From the human T2T-CHM13v2.0 reference genome, Homo sapiens: 64,000 nt of DNA. The notes under the pieces were generated by a model, which saw only the letters and a program-made list of their open reading frames with translations, searched no databases and had not been told where the DNA came from. The translations under genes and the position numbers were made by a program. Below are positions 26,303 through 39,635 of the stretch, piece by piece (position 1 is the first letter of the stretch; the number at the start of each line of letters is the position of its first letter). The stretch lies in assembly GCF_009914755.1 (NCBI RefSeq), contig NC_060931.1; one strand, written 5' to 3'.

Positions 26303-26393
26303 CTGCAGAGCTCGCCGCTCCAGCTGTGCCTCCAGCATCCTCTTTTCCTCCTCCAGCCGACTCCGCTCGCCTTCCAGCTCCTCGACCTTCAAC
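26303..26393 (-). CDS. MAD1L1: MAD1L1 coding exon (exon 16, 91 nt): (R)LKVEELEGERSRLEEEKRMLEAQLERRALQ
   Basis: Acceptor ctgtccttgcag|G and donor CTGCAG|gtgagg. Coiled-coil peptide at the start of ORF 25832..26392. Phase 2 in, phase 0 out. Confidence 0.96.
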
Positions 26394-27643
26394 CTGCAAG
26401 GACAGCAAGACGGTGACCAGGTGTCCGAGGCCAGCCATGCTGGGGAAGTCCCACCCTCTGGGTGATAAGGAGGTGAAAGGTTAGGAGACCCAGCTATACA
26501 GCTTTATTTCTAAATACATATCTGTGAAGCTCTCAGAGTCCAGCGATAACATCAAGAGAAAATTGGAAAACGACACAAGTACAGGATGGGGGAGTCCGTG
26601 GCGGCCCCTGCTCAGCTGGAGGAGCCTGTGCGGAGAAAGTCTCTGTCGACCACACCTTGGCTGGAAGCACAGAGGGAACCAGCCCGAGGCAGGACGCCTG
26701 GGAGTCAGTGTGTCCGTGTCCGTCAGCCACTCCCAGAGGGTGATGTGATGGCGGAGTGCAGGGGACACTGAGGGACAGGAAAGCAACCTCGGGACATCTT
26801 CAGAAATGAGGAAAAGACAGGAAAGGACTTCTACTGCGGGGTGTGGAAGAAGCTGATGACAGGGGACCACAGAGGCACAATTCAGATGAGAAACAAAAGC
26901 ACGCTTCCAGGCGACCCATGGTGAGTTCCCTTCTCCACAGTGGGAATAGAATACAAAACAAACCTCCATGGCCGCAACCGGAATGGGGCCAGTTTTAGTT
27001 CACTGTAAAAAGCTGTCTAGTTTTGTCTTCATTTCTAGATCTAATATTTTGAATGGAAAACATATTCATGCGGTTTAAAAATAAAAAAAGTCTGTCAAGG
27101 CCTGTAGTGATGGAAAGATTACTCGACACCGCACAGGGACAGGAGCAGGGACAGCTATTCCAGCCTGAGAACTGCTCCAGGGCGTCCCAGCACACCACAA
27201 CAGCAAGACCCGAGGAAACCCAACTCTTTCCAAGAAACCTAACTGCATCTCTGAAAAAAGATCAAGAAGATTGATACAAATGCAAAAACGTCTAGAACAC
27301 AACAAGCTAAAATTCACAATGCCTGCCATCCAGTCAAAGATTACCAGACATTTAAAGCAGCAGGAAGACACGGCCTATAATGAAGAGATTAACCAAACAA
27401 CGAATACCTACCAAGACGCAGCGTTGCACAGACGGCAACACTGGCAAACAGGGACATTTAGACAGTTGTTAAAACTACTGGAAAAATGCAACAGTTCAGA
27501 CTCGGAAGAGACACAGGTAGAAGTGGAAACTACCTGTCAGATAAACATGCTGGATGGGATTAATGACAGATTAGAATCCGTAAGAGAAAAGTTTAATGTC
27601 CTCGAGGGCACAGCAATAGAAACTATCAAAAACAAAACACAGA

Positions 27644-27947
27644 GGCCAGGCACGGTGGCTCACGCCTGTAATCCCAGCACTTTGGGAGGCCAAGGCAGCT
27701 GGATCGCTTGAGGCCAGGAGTTCAAAACCAGCCTGGCCAACATGGCGTAACCCCTTCTCTACTAAAAATAAAAAAATTAGCCGGGCGTCGTGGTACACCC
27801 CTGTAGTCCCAGCTCCTCAGGAGGCTGAGGCATAAGAATCGCTTGAACCCAGGTGGTGGAGGCTGCAGTGAGCCAAGATCACCCCAGTGCACTCCAGCAC
27901 TGACAGAGCGAGGCCCTGTCTCAAAAACAAATAAATAAGCAAACAAA
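27644..27947 (+). mobile_element. Full-length Alu (S/J type), antisense to MAD1L1
   Basis: ggccaggcacggtggctcacgcctgtaatcccagc...A-rich tail; flanking direct repeat aaacacaga. Confidence 0.95.
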
Positions 27948-30343
27948 CACAGAGAGGAAAAGATTCCTGAAAAATGAAAAGAGAATCACTGAGCTGTGGG
28001 ACAGCTTCATGAGGCATAAAATTCATGAACGAGAGTCCCCAAAAGAAAGAAGGCAGAGGAAGCGACGGGACAAATACTATAAGAAAGTTCCACTTTCAAT
28101 GGAAAGGATAAAGCCACAGATGTAGAAAGCTCAACAGACACGAGGCAGCGCAAGGAACACAGGCCCAGGAAACAAGACGCTGGCAGCCCCAGAGCACAAC
28201 AGGACAAGCCTGCTCAGGACCACGGCACGGAAAACCATCTTAAAGGCAGAGGTGGTACCTACAGAGGCACAAGGCGGGGTTCTCATGAGAAACAGTGCAA
28301 CGGAGAAAAGAGGAGGGAGAAATTTCTGAAATAACGAAAGAAATAAAAACCGCCACCTTAACGGTGAAAACATCTCCCAAAACAGAAGCAAATAAAGATG
28401 CCTTCAGATCAGACACGAAAGCTTAAAGAATTCATCATCAGCCGACCTGCTCTACAGAAATGTCAGGTAAGGCCTGCAGGTGAGGGAGGACAAGGGCGGG
28501 GCGGGGCAAATACACCCAGATCTGCACGGAGAACCAGGAGGGCTGGAACAGCAGCTGCATTTAGGGAGGATCTTTCTTACATTCAGGTCTCTTAAAAAAA
28601 TTTAAATTATTAACTTTTTAAAGTGATTAATAGATTAAACAAAACTAATGAAAATATATTGGGGATTTAATATATAGAATAAATAAAATGTATGACAACA
28701 GTATAAAGGCTGGAGGAGAAAAACCAACACTGCGGCTGTAAGGTGATTATACTGTGTGTGAGAAGACGTAATATCACTTGAAGGTAGGCTGTGGTAAGTT
28801 AAAGATGTATACTATATACCCTACAGCAAGCCCTAAAATAACAAAGACTTATAGCTAAGATGCCAAAAAAGGAAATAAAACAAAATCAGAAAAATACCAA
28901 AGTGGATTGAAAAAAGGTAAAAAGAAAAAAAAAAAAGGAAACAGAAATGAAGAAGAGACAGATGAGTAGAAAACAGTCAAATGACAAGATCAAAACTAAT
29001 TATATCATAAACAAATTAGATGTAAGTAGCCTAACTACCACAATTAAAAGGCAGACACTCAAACTGGATTAAAAAGCAACACCCAATCAGACACCGCTGA
29101 CAATAATGCACTTTAAATACAAAGATGCAAAAAGACATAACATGCCATCACTAAGAAAACCAGCAAGAGAAAGCCAGAGACGCTACTAATACCAGAAATA
29201 GTAAATTTCAGAGCACATATTATTACCAAGAAGGTAACTTATAATAATAAAGAGATTGATTAATCAAAGGAAAATAATAATCCTAAACATGTGTGTGCTA
29301 ATAAAAGAGCTGCAAAACAAATGAAGCAAAACCAGCCAGAAATGCAGGGAGAAATAGACGGGTCCTCAATGACAATCTGAGACTTCAGTATCCCTCTCTC
29401 AATAGCTGATAGAACAACGGGCAAAATATCAGGAGGACAAGGACCACATGATCAGCCAACTTGACCTATTTCACCTGGATAAATGCTTCGACTCTTAAGA
29501 GCAGGAGACCCAGTCTTTTCAGGAGCACTTGAACTATGTACCAAGAAGACCTCATGCTAAACCATAAAAGAAGGCTCAGTCTATTTAGGAATTTCATAAT
29601 TCTAACTATGTTATAGGACCATCATGGAATTAAACTAGCAATCAGCACCAGAAAGTCATCTGGAAAATACTACTGACAAAAGCATCCAACACCATGAAAT
29701 ACACAGAGATGGAACGGAACAGGCCAAGAAAAACCTGCACATGACAAGCTCCGAGCACTGTGAAGAGAGCTCCAGGGCAACCTCCACACAGGGAGAGAGA
29801 GAGGCCTTGTCCACAGGCTGGGAGACTCTGGGTGTTGGGAACGCACTTCTCCCCCAAATTAATCCACAGAATCAGCAACCTCAGTCAAAATCCCACAGGC
29901 TTCTTTGTACAAATTGGCAAGCTGATTCTAAAATTCATATGGAGATGTAATGGACCTAGAATAGAGAAAACAACATTGACAATGAAAAAGGAGGGGCTAC
30001 CTAATTTCACCAACTACGTTAAAGCCGTAGTAATCACAACAGTGCAGTACTGGTCTGCAAGACAGACAGACCGATCAAACAAAACAGAGTCCAGAAATAG
30101 GAGCACAAACACAACCAATTTTTGAAAAATATATGAAGGCAATTCAGCGTAGAAAGGACAAACTCTTCAACAAATGGTTCTGGAACAACTGGGTGTTCTT
30201 GGGGGAAATAAAGAATTAAAATCTTGTACAATAAATGAAAATCCTGCTCAATCCTGAACCAAAAGTTACAAAGTTATTAAAAGAAAATACAGGAGAAAAT
30301 CTTGTGAATTTGGGACAGCCAAAGATTTCTTAGCTATGATACC

Positions 30344-31094
30344 TGATAGGGTTTGGCTGTGTCCCCACCCAAATCTCATCTTGAATTGTAGCTCCCATAA
30401 TCCCCATGTGTTGCGGGAGGGATATGGTGGGAGATAATGAATCAGAGGGCAGTTTCCCCCATACCATTCTCGTGTGTTGTGGGAGGGACATGGTGGGATA
30501 TAATGAATCACAGGGCGGTTTCCCCCATACCATTCTCGTGTGTTGTGGGAGGGACATGGTGGGAGATAATGAATCACAGGGCGGTTTCCCCCATACCATT
30601 CTCGTGTGTTGTGGCAGGGACGTGGTGGGAGATAATGAATCACAGGGTGGTTTCCCCCATACCATTCTCGTGTGTTGTGGGAGGCCTGTGGTGGGAGATA
30701 ATGAATCACAGGGCGGTTTCCCCCATACCGTTCTCACGTGTTGTGGGAGTGATGTGGTGGGAGATAATGAATCATAGGGCGGTTTCCCCCATACCATTCT
30801 CATGTATTGTGGGAAGGACACGGTGGGAGATAATGAATCACAGGGATGGTTTCCCACATACCATTCTCGTGGTCGTGAATAAGTCTCACAAGATCTGATT
30901 TTATAAGGGGTTTCCCCTTTGGCTTGGCTCTCATTCTCTCTTGTCTGCCACCATGTAAGATGTGCCTTTTGCCTGCTGCCATGATTGTGAGGCCTCCCCA
31001 GCCATGTAGAACTGTGAGTCCATTCAATCTCTTTTTCTTTATAAATTACTCAGTCCGGGTATGTCTTTATCAGCAGCATGAAAATGGACTAATA
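30344..31094 (+). mobile_element. THE1-family (MaLR) solo LTR expanded by an internal VNTR
   Basis: Starts tgatagggtttggctgtgtccccacccaaatctcatcttgaattgtag and ends cagcagcatgaaaatggactaata. Confidence 0.92.
30404..30870. repeat. Minisatellite, 66-bp unit, ~7 copies, inside the THE1 LTR
   Basis: gtgtgttgtgggagggacatggtgggagataatgaatcacagggcggtttcccccataccattctc; 22-aa ORF periodicity. Confidence 0.95.
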
Positions 31095-31472
31095 TCCAAA
31101 GGATCATATATAACAGAAAACATTGAAAAATTGGACTTTATCATAAAAAAACTTCTCTTCAAAATACCTGATGAAAGAACGAAAAGACAAGACACAGACT
31201 GGGAGAAAATATTTGGAAAGCAAATAATCTGATAAAGGCCTTGTATCCAGAACATATAAAGAGCTCTCCCAAACTCAACAGTAAGAAAAATAATCAAATT
31301 TTAAAATGGACAAAAAAACAGGTGCTTTACCAAAGAAGATCTACAGATGACAAGTGAGCTGAATGAAAAGATGTTCAACATCATTAGTCATTTGTGAAAT
31401 AAAAAATAAAAGGCCACAGTGAGACATGACTGCCAACCTATTAGAAAGCCTAAATGAAAACCTTTAAAAAAC

Positions 31473-31646
31473 TAGCCGGGTGTGGTGGTGCACACCTGTA
31501 GTCCCAGCTACTCAGGAGGCTGGGGTGGGAGGATCACTTGAGCCCAGGAGTCAGAGGCTGCAGGCAGCTATGATCCCACCACTGCACTCCAGCCTGGGCA
31601 ACAGAGCAAGACCCTGTCTGTAAAAGAAACATTTAAAAAAATAAAA
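31473..31646 (+). mobile_element. Alu right monomer (AluJ/FRAM-like)
   Basis: tagccgggtgtggtggtgcacacctgtagtcccagctact...ggaggatcacttgagcccaggag...A-rich tail. Confidence 0.88.
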
Positions 31647-34633
31647 GAGGGACTAAGGAAAAAGACTGTGCTGCATGCTGGTGAGGAGAAGCTGCACACC
31701 AACTACTCTGGAAGACGGGCAACCTCGGAACACGTTACACACGTGACCGCCAGCCACTCCACACTAGGCGTTTACCTGAAAGAAAACGAAGTCGATTTCT
31801 ACATGGGACTTTATTTATAATATCCAGCAGTTTCAGAATAGCCAAAAACCAGAAAAACTCCAAATGTCCATCGCAAGGGAACGTATAAACTGGTGTCTCC
31901 ATACGACAGAACACAACTCAGCAGTGAAGACAACACAGCTGTGTGCACAGTGATCTCTCCCCCAACCAGCCATGCTGCGTGGAAGAAGCAAAAAGAGGGA
32001 GACCACATGCTCCAGGACCAACGCCATGCCCAGAAGACTCGACAGCCGCCCGCCAATCTACAGTGATGGAAAGCACGTCGGCGGGTTTGGGGTGGGGAGA
32101 GGAGGCAGGGAGGAGGGATTCCTGTCAAACAAGAGCACATGTCTGGGGGTCTTGAATATGAATGTGGTAACGGCTCCATGGGTGTATGTGTGTGTACATG
32201 CAAATTCACCACACTGCACTTGACATCGCGCAGCTTACTGCACACCAGTTATACCTCAGGAAAGCTGTAAAAACCATACTGTAGTGAATGACCTCTGACA
32301 TCTGCTTCCTGCTTGTACGGCGCACCTGCAGGACATGCTTCCGGAGGCGAGGCTGCTGGCCAGGGGCAAGCGTCTCTGTCATCCCAGCAGACGCCGTGCG
32401 CTGCCCTCCCTGGGTGTCTGGGGCACTCCCACTCACACCAACATCCTGAGCATGGGCCTAGAAGGTATTTCTGCAGCAACAATGCTTCGCTCCTCTTGAG
32501 GCAGGGAGCGCCGGCAGGGGAGACATCTGAGCACAGCCCAGTGTCACCGTCTCTCGGCAGGGTGGCCGTGCAGTGTGAGACCTAGCACACACCTCCGGCA
32601 CCAGCTGATGCCTCCTGGAGAGGTTTTGGGAGCCCCGCAAGTGCTGTGGCTTTACAAACAACCCCCTCAGTCTTCACATCAATCTAGCAGGGAAGTCCTG
32701 GTGCCTGAGTAAAGGGGAGACTGAGGCTCAGAAAGCCATCTGAGAGGCCCCTGATCACAGAGCCGGTAAGGGGCCTGGCCGAGGGCCCAGGGTGGGTGTT
32801 CCTGACCCTCGCCTCCCAGGGCTTCATAGGGGAGTGAACCTGCCCAAGGTGATGAGTGACGACATGGTGGGGGCCTCCAAGGCCATCTCCGAGAAGCTGC
32901 CTTCTGCAGGGGCTTCTTGACTTAGGGAGACGCTGGATGAAAAGGCCCCTTTTAAAATGATATTATGGATTCTGAAGGCTTGGGAGCAAAATGCTTTCAA
33001 GGGCTGAATTGGAATGAGCGCACGCGTGTAGCTGCAGCCATGTTAACAGAATGACCTGCGTGACCCACCCTCGCCGCCAGACAGCAAGCCCACATGCGGG
33101 CTCATTTGTGCACCGAAGGGGTGCGCTTTCTTCTGCTGCCCTCCTTTCAGACAAACTGCTACCGCACAGAGAGCGAGAAAGAGAACAAACGAATAAACAA
33201 GTTGGGGGGATGGTGCTCAAAAGCTCAGAATTCTGGTTTGCCTTCAAATGGCTCAAAGCAATCAGTTCTGGCATAAGCTTCTTGAAATTGACTTACTGCA
33301 ACTTTTTTAAACACGAGGAGCGCTACATAAATTAGCTGCCAGCCTAGATCTTTCCTCGAGAAGATGACGCCAATCAAAGCAGGTGCCTGTCTCCGAGCGT
33401 GTGCGTGGAAAGCAGGTGGAGGGTAGCCGGGTTCTTGCTTATAACAAACCCATCACACATGGGGGAAACTTTTGCAAGAAAAATGATTAGTTGTTTTTGC
33501 TGAACTAAAAGATGCATAATGGGGGCGGGAGGCCTGGGTGCCGCAGGTGAGGCTCCTGGGGCCTGGAGAGGGGACAGTAGGGAGACCCGAGGCCCAACGG
33601 GCATACAGCATCCAGTCCAGGAAGCCCCTCACCCAGGCCAGCCTCCCACGGGTCCCAGACCCCTGCACTGCCCGCCAGCCCCTCCCCAGTGGGCCTTGAC
33701 CACCACACTTCACATTTTACTTCTCTGTCCCCTTCATCAAATGGCTAGCTCCACGTTTCCAGCCCTGATCATGGTGTCTGGCTCACAGCAGGCATTGATG
33801 ACCATTTCCCTTGAACAACGGGTGTGGGAACCCCACCAGAGAGGCTGGCGAGTGGGGTACGTAGGACCCCCAGCCCTGGAGATGGTCACACAAGGGTGGG
33901 TGGGGCCCAGCTTAACCCAACACTCGCTGCGTGTCCTGACACGGAGCACCTCGCCCCTCCAGGCTTGTTTGTCATAAAGAGAGCACGTGACAAAGCCGCG
34001 CAGACATGGCAGTGTGACGGGTGCCCACGCCTGCCCTTCCTCTCCCACAGACAGGGCTACAATGCCTGGACACGTGCCCGGCTCTGGAAGGCCCACCGCA
34101 CTGGTGGGTAGGGAACATCGTGGCTCTTCTCTCGCATCCCCTGACCTCAACCTCGTGCCACCATCCAGGCAGTGGTGAGGCTGCTGTACCAGGAGCTCAA
34201 GGCGAAGTCCTCCAGCACTCACCTGGGGGCCGGAAAAGAAAGCCACTGAGCTTCAGGAGCGTGGGACCCTCCCTGCTCGGAGTATGGACTCCCCGGCCCC
34301 CGTGGCCCCTGCCTCTGCTCTTCGCACACTACCACGGGCTCAGCCCACAGGGCTGCAGTGGCGGCAGGGAGCCTGAGGCAGGAGCCGTGCTCTCTGTCTG
34401 AAGCTGCTGTCGTTCCAGATGGGCAGGACAAACTCTAGCTGCGTTTTCCTCCCTGTCCTCCCTCCTGCAGGGCCGGGCGTGGGCCCAACCTCCATGACAC
34501 CAGCAAAGTGCAACAGACGGTGCGAAGAGAGCCCCACGTCCCTGGAGGACCACAAAGGGGAGACCCAGAAACGTGAAAGGACCCGAAGATCACAGAATGG
34601 AAGGACTGAAAAGCGTAGTCCTGGAGAGTTGGG

Positions 34634-34770
34634 GGGCATCCCTGGGTCGGCCCATGCCTGGGTCCCATCCACACTGGCATCTGAAGCCGGTGAGAGCTGA
34701 GGGCGTCCCTGGGTTGGCCTGTGCCTGGGTCCCATCCACACTGGCCTCTGAAGCTGATGATAGCTAAGCT
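34634..34770. repeat. Tandem duplication, ~67 bp x2
   Basis: tccctgggt...tgcctgggtcccatccacactggc.tctgaagc occurs twice. Confidence 0.75.
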
Positions 34771-36456
34771 GACAGGCACTGCCAACGTCCCAGGCCAAGG
34801 CCAGGAGCGCTGCCAAGGCTTCACAACCTGAACTGGGATGGGAACCGCGCCCCACAGAAGGTCGCTGGGACCTGGGCTAGAAACCACCCAGGTCGGCTCA
34901 CTGCTAAACTAAAACACTCTCATTTCTCACAGGACTTAAACACAAAACCTCTTCTCACAATGCTCAGGACATAACCCCAAATTACTCGGCACATGAAGAA
35001 CCACAGAGATTTCAAGTCAGCCTGGAGAGAGGCAGTTCCAGCTGCCGGGGCTGAGGAGATGGGGCTGGGTTATCTGGGAAGTGCGGCGGAGAGGGGCCAC
35101 AAGACGGCCCATGCAGACGAGTGTGCACGCTCTCACAGCACACGGAAACCCAAAGGTCTCAGCAAATTCACAGAAAAGTGAATTGCTGAAAAAGTATTTA
35201 AGGAAATAAATGGCTGAAATATCCCAAACTTGGCAAAAAAAAAAAAAAAAAAAAAAAATCCTTAGAGATTCAAGAAGCTGAGCAAACTCCAAACAGAATA
35301 AACCCAAAGAAATCCACACCCAGACACATCCAAACGAAACTGCTGAAAACTGAAGGCAAAAAAAATGGTGAAAACAGAAAAAAACTGTGTGACCTCAAAG
35401 GGAACAGCGATTCGAGCGTCTGCAAATCTCTCCCCAGGCAGGAACCGCGGTGAGGAGGAGGAACGCCGCAATCGTGGCGTGCTGGGAGGCGAGGGCCGCG
35501 GGCCGCGCTGCGTGCGCAGGGCAGAGCTCCTTCAGGAACACGAGAGGAATAAAGACGGACCCACCCGAGGGAAACCGTGAGGAATCGTAGCCACCTGCTC
35601 TCCAGGAGAGGCTGCCGGAAATCCTTCAGAAGGAAAGAGGACATGAAGGATACCTGGAGCATCGACAATGAAGGAGGAACAGATGGCAGCTATCTGGGCT
35701 TACAGATAATACCCGGGTCTCTTACTGCCCTTTTCAAAACACTGTATGACTGAAAACAAAACCTGTGGCATTTCCATGTAGGTAGAGGGACAGCAGGAAG
35801 GGAGAGGGCAAGGGACCTGCCGGGAGGGGCTTCCAGGTGTGACTTCAAGTGGGATGAGGCTGATTCTCAGTAGGCAGTGATAAGTACTCTAATTCCCAGA
35901 GCAAACACTCAAAACATCAGACTGAGAAATAGTCAGATGCCCATCTGCTAAATTAAAATGAAATACTAAAAACCATTCAAGTAACTCAACAGAAAGCAGG
36001 AAGCATGAAAAGGAAAAACAAAAATGGAGGAGACACACAAACAAATAATAAAATGGTAGCAATGAAAAGACAGAGATTGCCATGATGGTTTAGAAACTGA
36101 CCCGATGACATCATGTATACAGAAACTCAAAGAACGGGTACAGGTACACTGCAAGTAAAAGGACAGAAATATTTACAGCACGCAAACACTACGGTAAAGG
36201 CAGCTGGCGGGAGGGTGTAGAAGCAGTGCCGTCCCAGGAGCCACAGGCATACCCAGACCCTGACCTGGGCTGCTCAGGACTGTGCTGCCAAGAGAAGGCT
36301 CCGGGCTCCCTGGAGGAACGGATGATTGGAAAGCTGGGGCAGAGGACACGAGGTGAGTCTGGAGCACCCTGTGGTGCCAGAGAGTGAGGAAGGGCTCAGA
36401 AAACCCAATGACGGGGCACAGCAGGGCGCGGCCGGCCGCGGGGAGATCACGCAGCG

Positions 36457-36690
36457 AAACAAGTCCCGCTGCATGCACCGGATCAGAACACAGAGCACGC
36501 GGCAAACACCCTCCAGTCCACACTGCTGGCAATAAACAAGTTCCGGTGCGTGCACCAGATCAGAACACAGAGCACGCGGGAAACTCCCTCCAGTCCACAC
36601 TGCTGGTAATAAACAAGTCCTGGTGCGTGCACCAGATCAGAACACAGAGCACGTGGCAAACTCCCTCCAGTCCACACTGCTGGTAATAAA
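36457..36690. repeat. Tandem repeat, 77-bp unit x3
   Basis: aaacaag...caccagatcagaacacagagcacg...ccctccagtccacactgctgg starts at 36457, 36534 and 36611. Confidence 0.9.
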
Positions 36691-36864
36691 TGAAGAAGTG
36701 AATAAATGGGGAAGAGGAGACACCTCCCTCACAGAACTCCACATCATACATGTAGAACTCATCCCTCCAGAGGGGGAGCGTCGCCTGTGCCCTGAGGGAT
36801 TCGCTTCCAAGGAAGAGACTGGAGAAAGTGCAAACAGCTTCGCGGACGAGGCACCCGGCAGAGC

Positions 36865-37318
36865 ACGCCTCAATCCGGCGGTCAGGTCCGCCGTCGACGC
36901 CTCAGTCCGGCGGTCAGGTCCACCGTCAACACCAGCGGTCTTGTCCACATCAACGCCTCAGTCCAGCGGTCAGGTCCACTGTCAACGCCTCAGTCTGGTG
37001 GTCAGGTCAACCGTCCACACCTCAGTCCAGTGGTCAGGTCCACTGTCAATGCCTCAGTCCAGCGGTCAGGTCCACTGTCCATGCCTCAGTCCGGCGATCA
37101 GGTCCACCGTCAACGCCAGCAGTCATGTCCACCATCAATGCCTCAGTCCAGCGGTCAGGTCCACTGTCCATGCCTCAGTCCGGCGGTCAGGTCCACCGTC
37201 AATGCCAGCGGTCATGTCCACCATCAACGCCTCAGTCCAGCGGTCAGGTCCACTGTCCACGCCTCAGTCCGGCAGTCAGGTCCGCTGTCAACGCCTCAGT
37301 CCAGCGGTCAGGTCCACC
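36865..37318. repeat. Minisatellite with 32-bp and ~25-bp interspersed units
   Basis: acgcctcagtccagcggtcaggtccactgtca interleaved with acgccagcggtcatgtccaccatca. Confidence 0.92.
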
Positions 37319-37774
37319 TGCTGTTGCGTGGATGTCAGGGGCTCCCTGATGGGACGTGGTGAGAAAGGACTTGTCGTCTGTGATCTTCCTTCCAAAAACC
37401 ACCATCTCAGGTTAACAATGAAACACATCACACAAGCTCGCTTCGGGGGCGTTCTAGGGACTCCTAAACATACTGAGGTCAGGAGAAGCGAGGAAAGACA
37501 AAACTGTCACCGACCAGCGGCAGAAGAGATGTGACGACTAAAATCAACACGGTGCCCTGGCTGCAACATGCAGGAAAGCCTGGTGGATCCAAACAAGGGC
37601 TGGAGACAGGCCCAGAGTCACACGCCGGTGACGAGCACCATGGCAGCGTGAGATGTCAACAGCGAGAGAAACCGGGTGAAGAGGGTATGAGAACTCTCCG
37701 TCCAATTTCCGCAACTTGCCTATTGAATCTGGTAAACAGTGTGGCAATTCCATCTTTTCAAAAAATCGACTGTT

Positions 37775-38079
37775 GGCCAGGTGTGGTGGCTCCCGCCTGT
37801 AATCCCAGCACTTTGGGAGGCCGAGGTGAGTGGATCACCTGAGGTCAGCAGTTTAAGACCAGCCTGGCCAACGTGATGAAACCCCATCTGTATTAAAAAT
37901 ACAAAAATTAGCCAGGCATGGTGGCACATGATTGTAATCACAGCTACTCGGGAGGCTGAGGCAGGATTCACTTGAACCCGGGAGGCAGAGGTTGCAGTGA
38001 GCCAAGATGGTGCCACTACACTCCAGCCTGGGTGACAGAGCGAAACTCCACCTCAAAAATAATAAATAAATAAATAAAA
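37775..38079 (+). mobile_element. Full-length AluS with (TAAA)n tail
   Basis: ggccaggtgtggtggctcccgcctgtaatcccagc...ggatcacctgaggtcag...aaataaataaa. Confidence 0.95.
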
Positions 38080-38978
38080 CAAAAAACCTATAGCTTATGT
38101 CAATCTCAATGGTGAAAGGCTAAAAGCTTTTCCCCTAAATCAGGAACAAGACAAGAATGTCTGCTTTTGCTGCTTCTATTCAACATAGCCAGAACAATTA
38201 GTCAAGAAAAAGAAATAAATTGTATCCAAATTGGAAAAGAAAAAGTGAAACTACTTCTCTCTCTTTGCAGATGCCAGGCTACAGAAAACCCTAAAGAAGC
38301 TGCAAATAACCTGTTCTAGTCAATAAACAAAATCAGCAAAGTTGCAAAATACAAAGTCAACACACAAAAGATCAGTTGTATTTCCCTGTATTAGGAACAA
38401 GCAATCTGACAAGGAAATCAAGAAAACAATTCCATTCATAACAGCATCAAAAAGAACAAAACACTCTGCAATACATTTACCCAAGGAGGCATAAGATTTG
38501 TACCCTAAAAACTGCCAAACATTGCTAAAAGAAATGGAAGAAAACCTAAGTAAATGTAAAGCCATCTGTGTCAGGGAGAAGAAGACTGCCCACTGTTTAC
38601 CCGTCAGCGGAGTCAAACCCCCTGAAAAAGAACCACCACCAGGGAGACTCATAGCTCCTGACCTCAAAATTTATGAGAAAGCTACCTAAGTGAAAAAGGA
38701 ACTGACTTTTATACACAAACAACCTGGATGGATCTCGCTCGAGGGCGTTGTGCTGAATGAAAGGAGCCAGTCTCAAAAGACTGCATGTTGTAGGACTGGG
38801 CTGGAAAAAGCCGAGCCGCAGAGTTGAGCAGACATGTGCAGCTGCCGGGAGGTCCCTGTGTGGCTGGGTGAATGGAAAGGGGGACCATGGAGGATTCCTG
38901 AAGGGTTGATGTTATTTTGCACTCTGATTACAGGGTGATTAGAGTTCATAGAGCTGTATCCTATAAGAAAAAAGTTAA

Positions 38979-39313
<335 letters not shown>

Positions 39314-39635
39314 TAATTTTAAAAGTAAAAAATTTAAACACCTGCTGGGCTGTGTCCTATATCTTACTGTGGTGGCTGCATGCTTGTGCATACATCTATT
39401 GAGACGTGACGGTGGCATCTGGTGGGGGAATGGTGGTAGAATTGTAGATCATTGCTGGCATTCTTTAGAACTGCAGGCATGTGGTGGTAAGAAGTGCATC
39501 CACTTTTATTTACTTATTGTTTTAAAACTCTGAAGATAATGTAGCCTCTATGACCTGCTCCCCGGATAAGGGTACCACCGCCCGCCCTTGGTACTCGCCG
39601 ACCATGAACTCAGGTTTAAATGAATCCCTTCCATT

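Larger units (their letters stand above)
27250..32275 (+). mobile_element. Fragmented old L1M (ORF1, ORF2, 3' UTR remnants) interrupted by Alu and THE1 insertions
   Basis: A-rich sequence with L1 motifs such as aagaattcatcatcagccgacctgctctacagaaatg, caattaaaaggcagac, caagctgattctaaaattcatatgg and gactgggagaaaatatttg. Confidence 0.8.
34900..38690 (+). mobile_element. Old L1M fragments (ORF1, ORF2, 3' UTR) with nested repeats and an Alu
   Basis: aaataaatggctgaaatatcccaaacttggc, agattcaagaagctgagcaaactccaaacagaataaacccaaagaaatccacacccagacacatc, and ggtgaaaggctaaaagcttttcccc. Confidence 0.75.

Noticed and set aside
30404-30870. Regularly spaced repeats resembling a CRISPR array (also 59360-59648 and 7256-7938)
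   Set aside because: Head-to-tail units without unique spacers, no cas genes, and eukaryotic intron context.
30993-31005. PRDM9 hotspot motif position in the THE1 LTR
   Set aside because: It reads CCTCCCCAGCCAT, which mismatches CCNCCNTNNCCNC at positions 7 and 13.
27250-32275. Potentially functional L1 ORF1/ORF2
   Set aside because: Fragmented, full of stops, and interrupted by Alu and THE1 insertions.
36623-37534. 303-aa Ser/Pro-rich ORF
   Set aside because: Spans a minisatellite inside an L1 remnant, and its listed start is not an ATG.
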